IMG/VR virus record: IMGVR_UViG_3300024346_000008
Span: 64,001 to 128,000 of that record
DNA: 64,000 nt
Reading direction: 5' to 3' (one strand)
From: a virus
Below are positions 27,509 to 37,975 of the stretch, piece by piece. Within the stretch, counting starts at the first letter, position 1. The number at the start of each line of letters is the position of its first letter. A model generated the notes under the pieces. The model made no database searches. It was not told where the DNA came from and was given only the letters and a program-made list of their open reading frames with translations. Position numbers and translations under genes: made by a program.

Positions 27509-28797
27509 AACCTTATCTCCTTAATATTATTGTATGTAGTTCCAGAATACACACGTACTGGGAATTTTTTGTTTTCTTCTAAAATATCTTGTATCTGATG
27601 CAGGATATTGATGTCCATAGTTTGCATATCCAACAGTATACTGTCATATGTATACAACACCAAATGATTTGTTGTATTTTTTATGAGATTAATAATACGA
27701 GTTAATTTTGGAAGTGTTCTCACCATTTCTAATGATTGTACATAATAATTAAACAGTTTATTTGCACTGGGCGTGTCCACATTTACCGTGATGCCACTTG
27801 GTAGTGTTATCGAAGTTGCAGACGTATATTGTTTTCTATGTTGATGAATCTTTTCAAACAATTCAAAATTATAGGTTTCGGTACTTGAGCCATACATGAC
27901 TTCAAAGGTTCGTCGTTTACTTTCCGTATACATGTCTTCGGTAATGTCCGACGTATTAAAGTAGACCTTCGCAAGTTCGGTATGAATGGATTGTTCACTG
28001 GGTAATATTACTCCCAGTTCATTTGCCATCAATCTTAGATGATATGCTTCAAAGTCCATTTGTACCAGTGACCCAGACGGATATCTACTAATGAAACTAT
28101 CACGGGAACCATCCGACTTATTTAATGCGGCAAAGTTTATCCCTCCAAATCTATTACTCGGACGACCTGTAGCAGTGTATGGATTATATTCTGTATACAC
28201 CATATTATCTTTGAACGCACGTTTTGCATCGGATGAAAAATGTTGTGATAATAATGTTCTGTCTACGCACAGTCCCGCAGATTCAATATCCTTCAATGTA
28301 GACAACAATTCGTACATATACTCGTATTGTGACGGATCATATAATGAAAAGTATAAAATAAATTTATGTAGTATCGTATTATACTTTTCACCAATTGAAC
28401 CCCATGTTGTTAATGGAATAATTCTATTTACGTGACGCATATTGTGAAACATGTTGTGTGTTTCACGAATATACGAGGTAAATATATCTTCTAATGGTGG
28501 GATGGTCATTTGATGAATATACGCAATTGCTGATACGTCCATACATGGTGTATTCATTACTTTACTGTTTGCCGTAAAACACAGTGCATTTCCAACCGGC
28601 ACTTCAAATTGCGGCGCATCATCATGTGAAATGGATACAGTAAAACTTTCACCGTCCATGAATGTTATGCACATGCACAACAATTCATTTTCCATAACAT
28701 GGTAATATACATCACGAAAAATCGGGGTGCAAATATGCACTTCCCGATCCATTCGTAGCTTCAACTCGTTATATTGTTCGTAACTATTAATAACCAT
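27505..28797 (-). CDS. Minimal family A DNA polymerase-like protein
   Basis: TATGRPS, motif A MDFEAYHLR, motif B SKRRTFEVMYG, motif C YTYDS. Confidence 0.8.
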   Translation of the reverse strand: MVINSYEQYNELKLRMDREVHICTPIFRDVYYHVMENELLCMCITFMDGESFTVSISHDDAPQFEVPVGNALCFTANSKVMNTPCMDVSAIAYIHQMTIPPLEDIFTSYIRETHNMFHNMRHVNRIIPLTTWGSIGEKYNTILHKFILYFSLYDPSQYEYMYELLSTLKDIESAGLCVDRTLLSQHFSSDAKRAFKDNMVYTEYNPYTATGRPSNRFGGINFAALNKSDGSRDSFISRYPSGSLVQMDFEAYHLRLMANELGVILPSEQSIHTELAKVYFNTSDITEDMYTESKRRTFEVMYGSSTETYNFELFEKIHQHRKQYTSATSITLPSGITVNVDTPSANKLFNYYVQSLEMVRTLPKLTRIINLIKNTTNHLVLYTYDSILLDMQTMDINILHQIQDILEENKKFPVRVYSGTTYNNIKEIRL

Positions 28798-29205
28798 TTA
28801 TACCTCTTCGGCGAACCAATACTCCAGATAACTTGTAATATACTTCAAGAGGCCACCAAAAGTCAAGTCCACCTCTGATACAACTGTACGATTAGTATCT
28901 TCTACTCCGTACACATATATTCCATTATTTTTTTGAAATGTCTGTTTTTTCCCCACAATTTGCCATTTTATTTTTGCCGTAACAAACCGTGGATTTTCTG
29001 TAAATTCTTCATATTGACTATTATCTACCTCAACAATAAAATTTTTATCGGTAACTTGTCGTACAAAATATCGTATAATAAATCCATTCTTCGCATCGGG
29101 CTGGGTAACAATAGGTAATGACTGTGTAGGCATTTCATCTAAAATACGAGTTAACCGTTGTTCATCGGTTTTATAAAGTTTCTGTAATAATGTCGTATCT
29201 ATCAT
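28798..29205 (-). CDS. Hypothetical protein in the baseplate region
   Basis: GFIIRYF...IKWQIVG...N pattern; ATGA overlap with the upstream gene. Confidence 0.7.
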   Translation of the reverse strand: MIDTTLLQKLYKTDEQRLTRILDEMPTQSLPIVTQPDAKNGFIIRYFVRQVTDKNFIVEVDNSQYEEFTENPRFVTAKIKWQIVGKKQTFQKNNGIYVYGVEDTNRTVVSEVDLTFGGLLKYITSYLEYWFAEEV

Positions 29206-32200
29206 GGCAATGTCTGTGTTGCGGTGGGTATGGCACTAAACTCACTCTTTGCAATAGCTTCTTTCCATTTTTTCCCAAGATAATTAAATCGTGCATGTAT
29301 TTTGGTAGTCCAACCGTCAGTACCGATATTATCTTCAATGCTGATTATTTGGAATGCCCCAAACGCTTTATAGAACGTAGGAATTCTATCAATCCAAAAT
29401 AATTCTCCTACACGTAATCCAGAAACGCCCGGCATAGTTAAATCTGCACTAATACTTAATGCACCAGGTGACGCACCAAACGCATTTGCATCTGCTCCGT
29501 TAGCGGTGTCGGCCATAGCAGCAACCATGTACTCAGGAAACACTTCTATATATCTGAATAAACTTTGTAATCCAAAAAATTCTCGTTGTTTATCTTCGAT
29601 TGTTTTATTAATTTCTTGTAATTTTGCAGTTGATTGATTTAATAACGATTGTTGTTTTGCACACTCATTACACTGCGCATCGGTTGGTCGATTTGCAGCA
29701 GTAGCTGCTTCGTTGGTAGGACCGGTAGTTGGGTCGGGGATTACTACCGCATTCCATTCTATGTGGATGTGGTTACCTGGAGCAACATTAAACTCATCAC
29801 GAATTTCATATCCATTGTATGTAAAGTTACGAGCACTTGCGCCGGTCTTTCCCCAATATTGTAATATTTGTTCAGCATTTGTGGGATTGTGTACTGGTAT
29901 ATCTATAGCTTGATTCGTATAATGTGCAGAACCATTCGAATGTACTCCAACCTCATTATATCCCTTTTCTCCAAATATGTTATTCTGCGTTACCTTAAAT
30001 TCATTTGCGTGAAGGACTCCCTTAGCGTCTGGTAGGTTAGTCCATGTTGCCGCTTTAGCAATATACGCATTTATATCTGTCCGTACTTGGTCCACTGTCT
30101 TTGGTGCAGCGCCCGGTACTGGGTCACGAGTATCGCCATACTTTCCACTTGTAAGTGGAATACATTTATTACATATGTCGTTATTCTTGTCAAGATATCC
30201 CTTCGCCAATGTTTGTACTGCTGCCAAATCTGTATTTTTATCGAACGTCACCGCTGCTAAATCTGTACCATTTGCTTTATTTGAAGTACCGGCAGTTTGT
30301 GCAGTTGTTTGTGTATTTGCGTCACCACATATTCCGTTTGCTTTTAACATGGCGTCACGTTCAGTTTTTGGTAGTACCGTCAAATCTGGTCCTTGTACAA
30401 ACGCACTATATCTTTTATTGTCGCCCGTGCCTACCGTGCCCATCAATGAAGTAATTGCAAACATTTCGCGCATTGCATCGTATGGACTAGATATTTTTGG
30501 AGATTTTGCATAATCAACATCTTCTGCCTTCACCGGTGCGTTAGCAGCAACTGTTTCTGCTTTTATTTCTTCAGTGGTCTTACCGGTATTTGCTACATTT
30601 TGCATATCGGCAGGTTGCACTAATCCCAATGTAGCAATTTGCGAGAACATTAATTTCGGTAACGACAAATCTACCGAACAATCAATTAGTTCCGATCCCA
30701 CCAACTGCCCAAGTTCATTTACTCGTACATATTTGTTGAATACATGAACGTCATTTATAAACTTAGACACCGCTCTATCTGAACTATCACGGAAGTTAGA
30801 ATCCACCACCATATAACTATATGGATGTCCCGAGCCGGTTATTGGATGAGCAATATCCAACGTTAATTGCCAATAGTTTAACGTTGCGGCATTCATACGT
30901 TCTAATAAATTCGTAATACCACGCAGTATGGTATTACCGCTCAGCATACTTTCTATGATGGCTTTATGATTTAACCATACTCCTGCACTTAATAATCCCC
31001 GGTCTTTCTTATCAGCAACGTCCTTAACCTTGGAAATAGAGTTTTCAAATAATGTTTTCCCAGCGGTATCTTCGGTGGGGTCACCGTTATAAAATCGTTT
31101 TGTTTGGTCATTTTTTGCATAAAATATGCCATCCGATCCCGGTGGTTTATATTGTGGATTCTTTTCTGCTGCTTGTGCTGCTTTTTCATTCACAATAATC
31201 ATAGTACCAGGATTAACCGACCGCAAAAATTCATTCATACCAACAAAAGATTCCATTGGATCGTCAATATATGGTTTTTTGCCTAAGTTGGTATTTGATC
31301 GATTTTCATCGGTTGCATAGGGTAATAATATTCCAAGTTTATCCAATTCAGATTGTTGTAATACGGATGAGAAAATAGATTTAATGTCTTTATTTATTAT
31401 TACATTAACAAAAAATCTCCATGTCACAAAGTATGCATCTTCAGTAAATCCATCAGAGTTTTGATTGACATTTGGGTTCGGGTCAGTTGGCGTAGGTTCT
31501 CCTGCCGTTTTATTTCCATGTGGAATAAATTGTACGTGACTTTTCCACTCTCCATTACCGTTCATGGTATTATCTAATGTGGTTTTAAAATTTTTACCTC
31601 CCGTCGTAGTATCAGAAAAATATGAAAATACACTATTAGTATCACGGGAACAAAAATATCTTGCCGATGGGTCTTTTGCAGGAGTTACGGTATTTTTTGT
31701 GGAGTATGCCCACGCATCTTCTGATGGTCCTACAATTTTTACCGTGCAATTAAATGACCCATCAGAATTGGATTTAACACTAAAATTTGCAACTCGACCA
31801 AACATCCACATATATTGGCCTTCTGATTTGTACGCATACTCATTAAGAATTTCTTCCAACCCAATTTGATTCATGGACAACTTTGCAAGCAACTGCTTTA
31901 ATTTAGGTCTATCGTGCCACGGAAACAAATAATCGGCAACGTTTGCACGTTCACCAATGCTCGGTGATAATTCTGGTGCAAACTGTTGCCCCCATTCCAA
32001 TACCATCCCCACACCAGGTACTAAAAATGTTTTATGTAATGTTTCCAATTGAGATAACGACGGCACCGAAATTTCTAATTGTCCATGTGCCAACAACCCA
32101 TTTTTATTTAGTCCAATAGTTACTTTCGTAATACCGGGCGGCGGAATTCGTATAAACTCGTTAGTACTAAATGTGTTAGCTTTCAAATCAAATATACGAG

Positions 32201-32522
32201 AATTCATTACATTTTTGTTCGATGCATATACGCGTGCATTAGTACCTTTTTCAGTGTACGTATACCCGACTAATGGCATATCTCCATCAACCGATGAATA
32301 TATATCCTCATATTTTACATCTTCATTAAACGCATGTAACCCCAACGTAAATCCAATATTACCGTCACCCATATCGATTTTACTTAAATCAAGTGTCGTT
32401 GTTGCTTTTATGAACGGCATGGCAACTTGTACGGTATTATTTAATTCAGACCGTGCATCTAAAATACGTCGTATATTTTTATTTATAACTTTGTAGTCAA
32501 AAGACCCTTTATCGTGTGCCAT
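29202..32522 (-). CDS. Baseplate hub-like protein with an inserted Zn peptidase (M15-like) domain
   Basis: PPPGIT, LEWG, GRVANF; C-terminal LTMPGVSGL...FQIISIEDNIGTDGWTT; HSNGSAHYTNQAID...HIH. Confidence 0.75.
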   Translation of the reverse strand: MAHDKGSFDYKVINKNIRRILDARSELNNTVQVAMPFIKATTTLDLSKIDMGDGNIGFTLGLHAFNEDVKYEDIYSSVDGDMPLVGYTYTEKGTNARVYASNKNVMNSRIFDLKANTFSTNEFIRIPPPGITKVTIGLNKNGLLAHGQLEISVPSLSQLETLHKTFLVPGVGMVLEWGQQFAPELSPSIGERANVADYLFPWHDRPKLKQLLAKLSMNQIGLEEILNEYAYKSEGQYMWMFGRVANFSVKSNSDGSFNCTVKIVGPSEDAWAYSTKNTVTPAKDPSARYFCSRDTNSVFSYFSDTTTGGKNFKTTLDNTMNGNGEWKSHVQFIPHGNKTAGEPTPTDPNPNVNQNSDGFTEDAYFVTWRFFVNVIINKDIKSIFSSVLQQSELDKLGILLPYATDENRSNTNLGKKPYIDDPMESFVGMNEFLRSVNPGTMIIVNEKAAQAAEKNPQYKPPGSDGIFYAKNDQTKRFYNGDPTEDTAGKTLFENSISKVKDVADKKDRGLLSAGVWLNHKAIIESMLSGNTILRGITNLLERMNAATLNYWQLTLDIAHPITGSGHPYSYMVVDSNFRDSSDRAVSKFINDVHVFNKYVRVNELGQLVGSELIDCSVDLSLPKLMFSQIATLGLVQPADMQNVANTGKTTEEIKAETVAANAPVKAEDVDYAKSPKISSPYDAMREMFAITSLMGTVGTGDNKRYSAFVQGPDLTVLPKTERDAMLKANGICGDANTQTTAQTAGTSNKANGTDLAAVTFDKNTDLAAVQTLAKGYLDKNNDICNKCIPLTSGKYGDTRDPVPGAAPKTVDQVRTDINAYIAKAATWTNLPDAKGVLHANEFKVTQNNIFGEKGYNEVGVHSNGSAHYTNQAIDIPVHNPTNAEQILQYWGKTGASARNFTYNGYEIRDEFNVAPGNHIHIEWNAVVIPDPTTGPTNEAATAANRPTDAQCNECAKQQSLLNQSTAKLQEINKTIEDKQREFFGLQSLFRYIEVFPEYMVAAMADTANGADANAFGASPGALSISADLTMPGVSGLRVGELFWIDRIPTFYKAFGAFQIISIEDNIGTDGWTTKIHARFNYLGKKWKEAIAKSEFSAIPTATQTLP

Positions 32523-32528
32523 ATGCGT

Positions 32529-32792
32529 TTAATAGTTTTGAGGTATAGTAATAACTGTTCCCGGTTTAATAAATATAGACCCATTAAGTCCATTGTTCGC
32601 ATTTGCAATAACATACCACAAAGTTGCCGACCCCAAATATTTGTATGCAAGTGTATCCCATCTATCACCCATACGTGCTTTATATGTATATTCTACTTGG
32701 TCTTCTATGGGGTCAACAGGTATTGCGGAGGAATAATATCGTTTCCCTTCGTCGGTTCTTTTTACAATAATATTACGTTGGTATTTTAGCAT
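32529..32792 (-). CDS. LysM/tail-X-like baseplate protein
   Basis: GDRWDTLAYKYLG...WYVIANAN...PG...IP. Confidence 0.85.
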   Translation of the reverse strand: MLKYQRNIIVKRTDEGKRYYSSAIPVDPIEDQVEYTYKARMGDRWDTLAYKYLGSATLWYVIANANNGLNGSIFIKPGTVITIPQNY

Positions 32793-32800
32793 AGTTTATA

Positions 32801-34543
32801 TCACGGGTCAATGGGACGGCCGGCTTCATCAATTCTTTCTCCGGCGGAAATTCTTTCTGCAATAGTTCGTGAGTCTTCATAAGTTACACCCAGACGGCTA
32901 TCTACCTCAACCTCGATTGCGGCAGCAGCCATTGGCGCATCTTCTTTGGAGTTTGTTGTTTTACTTTTCGGGGCAGGAACTGGAATTGTTGGGGAGAATC
33001 CTTTCATAGGCGTTCCTGGAGTACCGTCCGTATTAATACCACCATCCGTTATTCCATAGAATGGTGAATCGGCAATTCGTGTTGCCTTTTCTATCAAGAT
33101 AAATTTAATATCCATTTGTGCTGCAATTGGTACTTGTTTTCCAGTATCAAGTTCCCATGATTCAGAAAGTTCAGTAAAATTAGTACTTAGACTAGTAACA
33201 TATCCAGGTTGATTTACGTAAACATTACCGATAGTCAATCGTGTAATATTAGGTTGCATAATTCCTTGATTAAATCCATACGGAAATACCAATCCAGTTA
33301 AATAGTTAATACGTCTCCACACTATATCCAGTTCATCTCTGGAAAATGCAACAATTCCAAGTTTAAATGAAATTTCTCGTTGAACTCCGACATAGTTAAC
33401 AAATTTTTCCATACGACCAATATATTGATATGCTTTATACTCAGGTGTAGCAGATTGTTGTAAATCTTTAATATATGCTCTAAACTGTACTGGTGAATCT
33501 TTACCCATTGCAAATGAAACTACAATTGCATCTTCAAATGTATGATTAATTGGTTTATATGCTTCTTGTACTTTAGCAAACTTAGAATTTATTTCTTTAT
33601 TGGATGGGTCTTTAATATATGAAAGTTTTTTATTTTTTTTATTCGGTGTACGAGTTACAATGGATGTTCGTGGCCCATCTTTTGCATCGCCTGGGTCTGA
33701 CCGTGTTAATCCATCTGGGGACTCAAAATATTTAATAAACGGTACGGTGTCGAATTCATTTTTAAAAAACTTTGTATATTCTGTGTGGTAAATAGTATTG
33801 GCAACAACTGTCGCATTAACAATACTATTTAATTCGGGCCGTGATTGCTTCCATCCAGATGAATTTGCCGGTGTACCATATCCAAACTTATCGCCAATAT
33901 TTCTTTTTTGAAGTGGACTAAATGCGGATAGCGTTCCCAGTGCAGTTCCTACAATACTTGATACCGCACTAGTTAGTCTGCTGGTCAATGCCCCCAAGAT
34001 ACTTCTTGAACCGGTAACTTTATCAGGACCGGTTTTTCCAGAAATTTTTTGTTGTAAATATTGACTGACGAATGTTGGATCGGGTTTTTTATACAAATTA
34101 TTATATGTTGAAACTTGTAGTTGACCCAATTTTCTAACATTTTCGTATGATGTATCTGTTTTTCCTGCCAATTCATTTAATGGACGCAAGTTTCGTTTAA
34201 CATGTAAAAACGGTACTGCGTTTGCCACTACAAATGCTGGATTCAATGCTCTAGTAAGTTCAAACGTATTTCCCGTTTGTAGTAATTGTTGTTTGGCAAG
34301 AAATAATAATCCAGGTTTACTTAGTTGAAATAACGTTAATCGTTTTACGTCTTGAATCGTACTTTGTACTGGTAATGAACGATCTTCATATTTCGTCCAA
34401 TATCCTTTGCCCGGTGCACGAACAATTAATGGTGCATCTGCTTTTCCATTACTAGCAATACCATTATCAAATTTTGATGTTGAGCCGGCATATAGTTTAT
34501 TAACATTTTCGTTAAACCGTTGTTCCAGATTCTTAAATGCCAT
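32801..34543 (-). CDS. Baseplate/tail-tube initiator-like protein
   Basis: FRAYI...YIGR...Y.G..REISF...RLTIGN...PGYVTSL; located between the TMP and LysM genes. Confidence 0.7.
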   Translation of the reverse strand: MAFKNLEQRFNENVNKLYAGSTSKFDNGIASNGKADAPLIVRAPGKGYWTKYEDRSLPVQSTIQDVKRLTLFQLSKPGLLFLAKQQLLQTGNTFELTRALNPAFVVANAVPFLHVKRNLRPLNELAGKTDTSYENVRKLGQLQVSTYNNLYKKPDPTFVSQYLQQKISGKTGPDKVTGSRSILGALTSRLTSAVSSIVGTALGTLSAFSPLQKRNIGDKFGYGTPANSSGWKQSRPELNSIVNATVVANTIYHTEYTKFFKNEFDTVPFIKYFESPDGLTRSDPGDAKDGPRTSIVTRTPNKKNKKLSYIKDPSNKEINSKFAKVQEAYKPINHTFEDAIVVSFAMGKDSPVQFRAYIKDLQQSATPEYKAYQYIGRMEKFVNYVGVQREISFKLGIVAFSRDELDIVWRRINYLTGLVFPYGFNQGIMQPNITRLTIGNVYVNQPGYVTSLSTNFTELSESWELDTGKQVPIAAQMDIKFILIEKATRIADSPFYGITDGGINTDGTPGTPMKGFSPTIPVPAPKSKTTNSKEDAPMAAAAIEVEVDSRLGVTYEDSRTIAERISAGERIDEAGRPIDP

Positions 34544-34564
34544 GAATAATTCTCAGTACAGAGT

Positions 34565-37411
34565 TTAACGGGATTGTGTACCGAACACACCAACCGTCAT
34601 TGCTGCATCGTTAACGTTAACTAACAGTTTCCCAACCTTGGTACCATCCATATTTACTTGGATGTTGGAAAGTGCGGTAATAAAGTTACTAAGTTTTTGG
34701 TCTAACTTTTGTTCTATTCCCGATGTATTCACGGAAATGTTTTGGTTACCTTCTTGGGAGCCTCCCATCATACCCGACAGCATAGGAAGTCGAGACATTA
34801 ATCCACTCATTTCTGGCATCATTGCTCCCATTGCAGATGCAACCGGCGTGGCTTTCTTTCCAAATAATCCACCCAATTTACCTAATGCACTACCTCCCAA
34901 TTTACCTAATACACTACCTCCCAATTTACCTAATGCACTACCTATTAATTTACTAGGACCACCGGCAATTGAACTTAATGCACCACCTATCAATGGAATT
35001 TTCTTGAGTAGTGGTGCTGCTAAGGAACCTAACATGCCCATCGGACCACCTGCAAGACCGCCGAGTAAGTTACTACCAATACCACCTAATCCCACCTTTC
35101 CGAGTAAGTTTCCAGCAAGGCCTTTCAATCCCCCGCCACTTAGTAATCCCGTAGCTTTTCCAAGTAAATTACCAGCAAGTCCTTTTGGAATAAATTTATC
35201 AAATAATTTATTTGCTATACCGGAACCAGTTAACCCACCGGCTGCCGACCCTAGCACTCCACCTAGAGGTCCACCGGCAAGTGTACCACCGGCGCCACCA
35301 AGGAGATTTCCAAGCAATCCTCCCCCAGTAGAAGTTAGGCCCTTACCAATTCCTCTAAGCACACTATTACTGTTTTTATACTCATCATACCCATCCAGTG
35401 CTCCCCCGATGGCCGATCCAAGTGCTGGGATTGGTTTGGCTATTTTTGTTACCATTGAAGTTACACCGGGGAGTTTTCCCAATACTCGACTTCCCAGTGC
35501 TTTAATAGACATGTCGGTTAAAGTATCCGCATTAAGTTTATTAAGGAACGGCAATCCTAACTTTTTCACCATATCGGCATTTATTACGAATTCGCCGTTG
35601 GACAATCGTGTCGGAATACTATCACTTTTACCCGTACCAGGACCTGTTACAAGTCCACCGGATGCCTTTTTTACTGGAGGAGTTGTTAGTTGACCTCTTA
35701 AGACCGCCTCGTCTGCCAATCTTTGGTTATAACGATCTCCTGAAGTTGCGTGTGGTGCAAATTGAGGAAGTCTGTCTATTCCCGATTCCATCCCCCTAAA
35801 CGGATTACTTGGTCCAATGTTTCCCGGACTAAGTTGTTGTAAACGGTATATATTATTTAATTGTTGTTGTTGGCGGTCACGTTCTTTCACGGCCTCCAAC
35901 CCCGCAATCATCCCCGCCTCAGGCCCCATCATGGCCATATTGGTCATGGTTTCTGGCACCATTGCTTTGTTTACCAATGATGTAGCACCTGCGTAGTCTC
36001 CCCCTATTGCGGCTGTCTTGGCTGCTTCTTTAAGTTTTTTCTGTTCCTCAAACGAATCGGCGGTAAACTTTGCGACGATGGCTGCAATTGCTAAAATTGC
36101 CGCTCCAATTAGTCCTGCAGGAGTTAAGAATGCAAGCGCACTTGCTATTGTACCACCAACACTAAGAACAGTAGCTATTGTAGATAAAGAACCGGCTATT
36201 AATCCTAGTGGAACTGCCAATACCATAACTGCTGTTAAAATATGATTCAATAAACTATTAGTTTCTACTTCAGGTGGAACTGCATTTTCGTCTGGTGTTT
36301 TTCCCGCCAATCGTTGCATATCGGCCATCGATATACCAAATGCACCAGATAACGCCAATTGCTCCGACCGACGCAGTTTAGTGATATCTTTTCCAGTGGC
36401 AGCAAGTTGGGAACGAAGTTCGTTGAATAATGCACCCGTATCACCACTTTCTGCAAGTTGTGCCAAGGAATTGGTATCTAAATTGAATCCCATTGCCCCC
36501 AGTTCCGATGTCTTTTCTAGAAATCCTTCAAAGTCCCCGATGATACTATCGCCAATTTGATCTACTTTACCAAGGTCTACGCCAATTTTCTTTGCATCGG
36601 CTGCAGCACGGGCAAACGAATCGGCAAATCGTAATCCATTCCGTGCCATTAAGTCCGAATATTTTCCGATAGCTTCCATTGCCACAGATGCCGACAATCC
36701 CTTTTCTTGGAATCGTGCCATGAACTGCGATTGTACGTCAGATACTTTACTTAAATCACCCATCGTTTGTGTAACCAATGCACGACGGGCAGTAACTAAT
36801 TGCTGTACTGAAATTCCATTAGTTTTTGCAAATTCTGCTAATGTTTTTCCCGTATCTGCATTTATAGTCCCAAATTCTTTTTGAAGTGTAGAAGTTGCTG
36901 CTCGGATTTCGGTGGGAGTGGCCGGTTGTTTTATGTCGGATACTCCTGCTCTGGATGCTTTTAGTTGATCAGTAGCTTGTAACAATTCCTTCTTTGCATT
37001 GTCAAAATTACCAGTAATTAATTCACCAAGTGCTGAACCGACTGTATTAGAAACGTCACCTAACCCCGTAGTAAGGTCTAACGAGTTAAATGATTCTACT
37101 ATACTTTGTACACTGCCGATAAATGCGTCCGCTTGAATTTGTGCTGCAGTAGCAAGATTTACTCCGAACTGTTTTTGCGTTTCCGTCAACGTAGAAGTAA
37201 GTTTTTCTAGGTTTTTATTGAATCCTGTAAATTTTGCAGTAAGATTATCGAGACTTTTAGCTAAACTAGGTGTGCCACTTCCACCACTTCCACCACTTCC
37301 ACCACTTCCACCGTTCGTTCCCAGTGCCGCAGTATTGGTGGCAAGGTTTGTGGACAACGTGGTTAATGCACTTGTTAAACTTGCAAAATCAGCAGATGTT
37401 GGAGGTGCCAT
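34565..37411 (-). CDS. Tail tape measure protein
   Basis: Long helical Ala/Gly/Leu-rich protein with a hydrophobic segment, ASGGLVTGPGTGKSDSIP...LSNGEFV and C-terminal VNMDGTKVG. Confidence 0.82.
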   Translation of the reverse strand: MAPPTSADFASLTSALTTLSTNLATNTAALGTNGGSGGSGGSGGSGTPSLAKSLDNLTAKFTGFNKNLEKLTSTLTETQKQFGVNLATAAQIQADAFIGSVQSIVESFNSLDLTTGLGDVSNTVGSALGELITGNFDNAKKELLQATDQLKASRAGVSDIKQPATPTEIRAATSTLQKEFGTINADTGKTLAEFAKTNGISVQQLVTARRALVTQTMGDLSKVSDVQSQFMARFQEKGLSASVAMEAIGKYSDLMARNGLRFADSFARAAADAKKIGVDLGKVDQIGDSIIGDFEGFLEKTSELGAMGFNLDTNSLAQLAESGDTGALFNELRSQLAATGKDITKLRRSEQLALSGAFGISMADMQRLAGKTPDENAVPPEVETNSLLNHILTAVMVLAVPLGLIAGSLSTIATVLSVGGTIASALAFLTPAGLIGAAILAIAAIVAKFTADSFEEQKKLKEAAKTAAIGGDYAGATSLVNKAMVPETMTNMAMMGPEAGMIAGLEAVKERDRQQQQLNNIYRLQQLSPGNIGPSNPFRGMESGIDRLPQFAPHATSGDRYNQRLADEAVLRGQLTTPPVKKASGGLVTGPGTGKSDSIPTRLSNGEFVINADMVKKLGLPFLNKLNADTLTDMSIKALGSRVLGKLPGVTSMVTKIAKPIPALGSAIGGALDGYDEYKNSNSVLRGIGKGLTSTGGGLLGNLLGGAGGTLAGGPLGGVLGSAAGGLTGSGIANKLFDKFIPKGLAGNLLGKATGLLSGGGLKGLAGNLLGKVGLGGIGSNLLGGLAGGPMGMLGSLAAPLLKKIPLIGGALSSIAGGPSKLIGSALGKLGGSVLGKLGGSALGKLGGLFGKKATPVASAMGAMMPEMSGLMSRLPMLSGMMGGSQEGNQNISVNTSGIEQKLDQKLSNFITALSNIQVNMDGTKVGKLLVNVNDAAMTVGVFGTQSR
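34872..34943. repeat. 24-bp tandem repeat x3 within the TMP gene
   Basis: CCCAATTTACCTAAT(G/A)CACTACCT x3, encoding GS(A/V)LGKLG. Confidence 0.9.
37275..37310. repeat. 9-bp tandem repeat x4 (GGS linker in TMP)
   Basis: CCACTTCCA x4. Confidence 0.9.
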
Positions 37412-37415
37412 TTAG

Positions 37416-37787
37416 TTACTCAACTAAAGCGTGATAGGTTGCAATAAACAATGTCGTAACGTTACCACTGGGAACGGTTACTAACGGAGAACCAGACAGT
37501 GCAATTCCCTTATATGCTCTACGACTTTCTAATCGTGCCATCGGTGCACCCGAGACTGCATTGCCTTTGAACATTAAATCCCCGACCAAGGTTGCCAATG
37601 GCATGCCGGATACCGAGGTTCCTTTATATAATTTATTACCGACGACGGTATATAACGGAGCACCAGAAATAGCCGACCCTTTAAATGCCCGTCGATCACC
37701 CACTAAGGTAATCAACGGACTGCCGGATACGGCCATTCCTTTGTATGCTCTATCATTTTCTTGTAAAAGATGTCGAAGTAGTATCAT
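37416..37787 (-). CDS. Protein with five ~19-aa beta repeats (beta-flower/propeller-like)
   Basis: (Y/F)KGxxxSGxP(L/M)xx(L/V) x5. Confidence 0.75.
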   Translation of the reverse strand: MILLRHLLQENDRAYKGMAVSGSPLITLVGDRRAFKGSAISGAPLYTVVGNKLYKGTSVSGMPLATLVGDLMFKGNAVSGAPMARLESRRAYKGIALSGSPLVTVPSGNVTTLFIATYHALVE

Positions 37788-37975
37788 CGTTTATTTGCTT
37801 TTTCAAATTGTTTAGTTTCTTCTTCTTTCAATTTTCCAAACTCTTTAATGTAAAAATTTCGAAGATAAACCGGCATTTGGTATAAATCCATTACACTAAA
37901 TGCACCTTTTGAATAATGCGCAACAATCATGATGTTTCGTAACAAATCAATTTTATACTCGGGCGTCAGGCCAAA
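37784..37975 (-). CDS. Probable frameshift extension of the upstream tail/baseplate assembly chaperone
   Basis: +1 frame opens over TTC-TTT-TGG; FGLTPEY...DLYQMPVYLRNFY; no good start codon or SD. Confidence 0.65.
   Translation of the reverse strand, partial: FGLTPEYKIDLLRNIMIVAHYSKGAFSVMDLYQMPVYLRNFYIKEFGKLKEEETKQFEKANKR

Noticed and set aside
34638-35693. 351-aa plus-strand Pro-rich ORF
   Set aside because: Antisense shadow of the Gly/Leu-rich tape measure segment; no SD or promoter.
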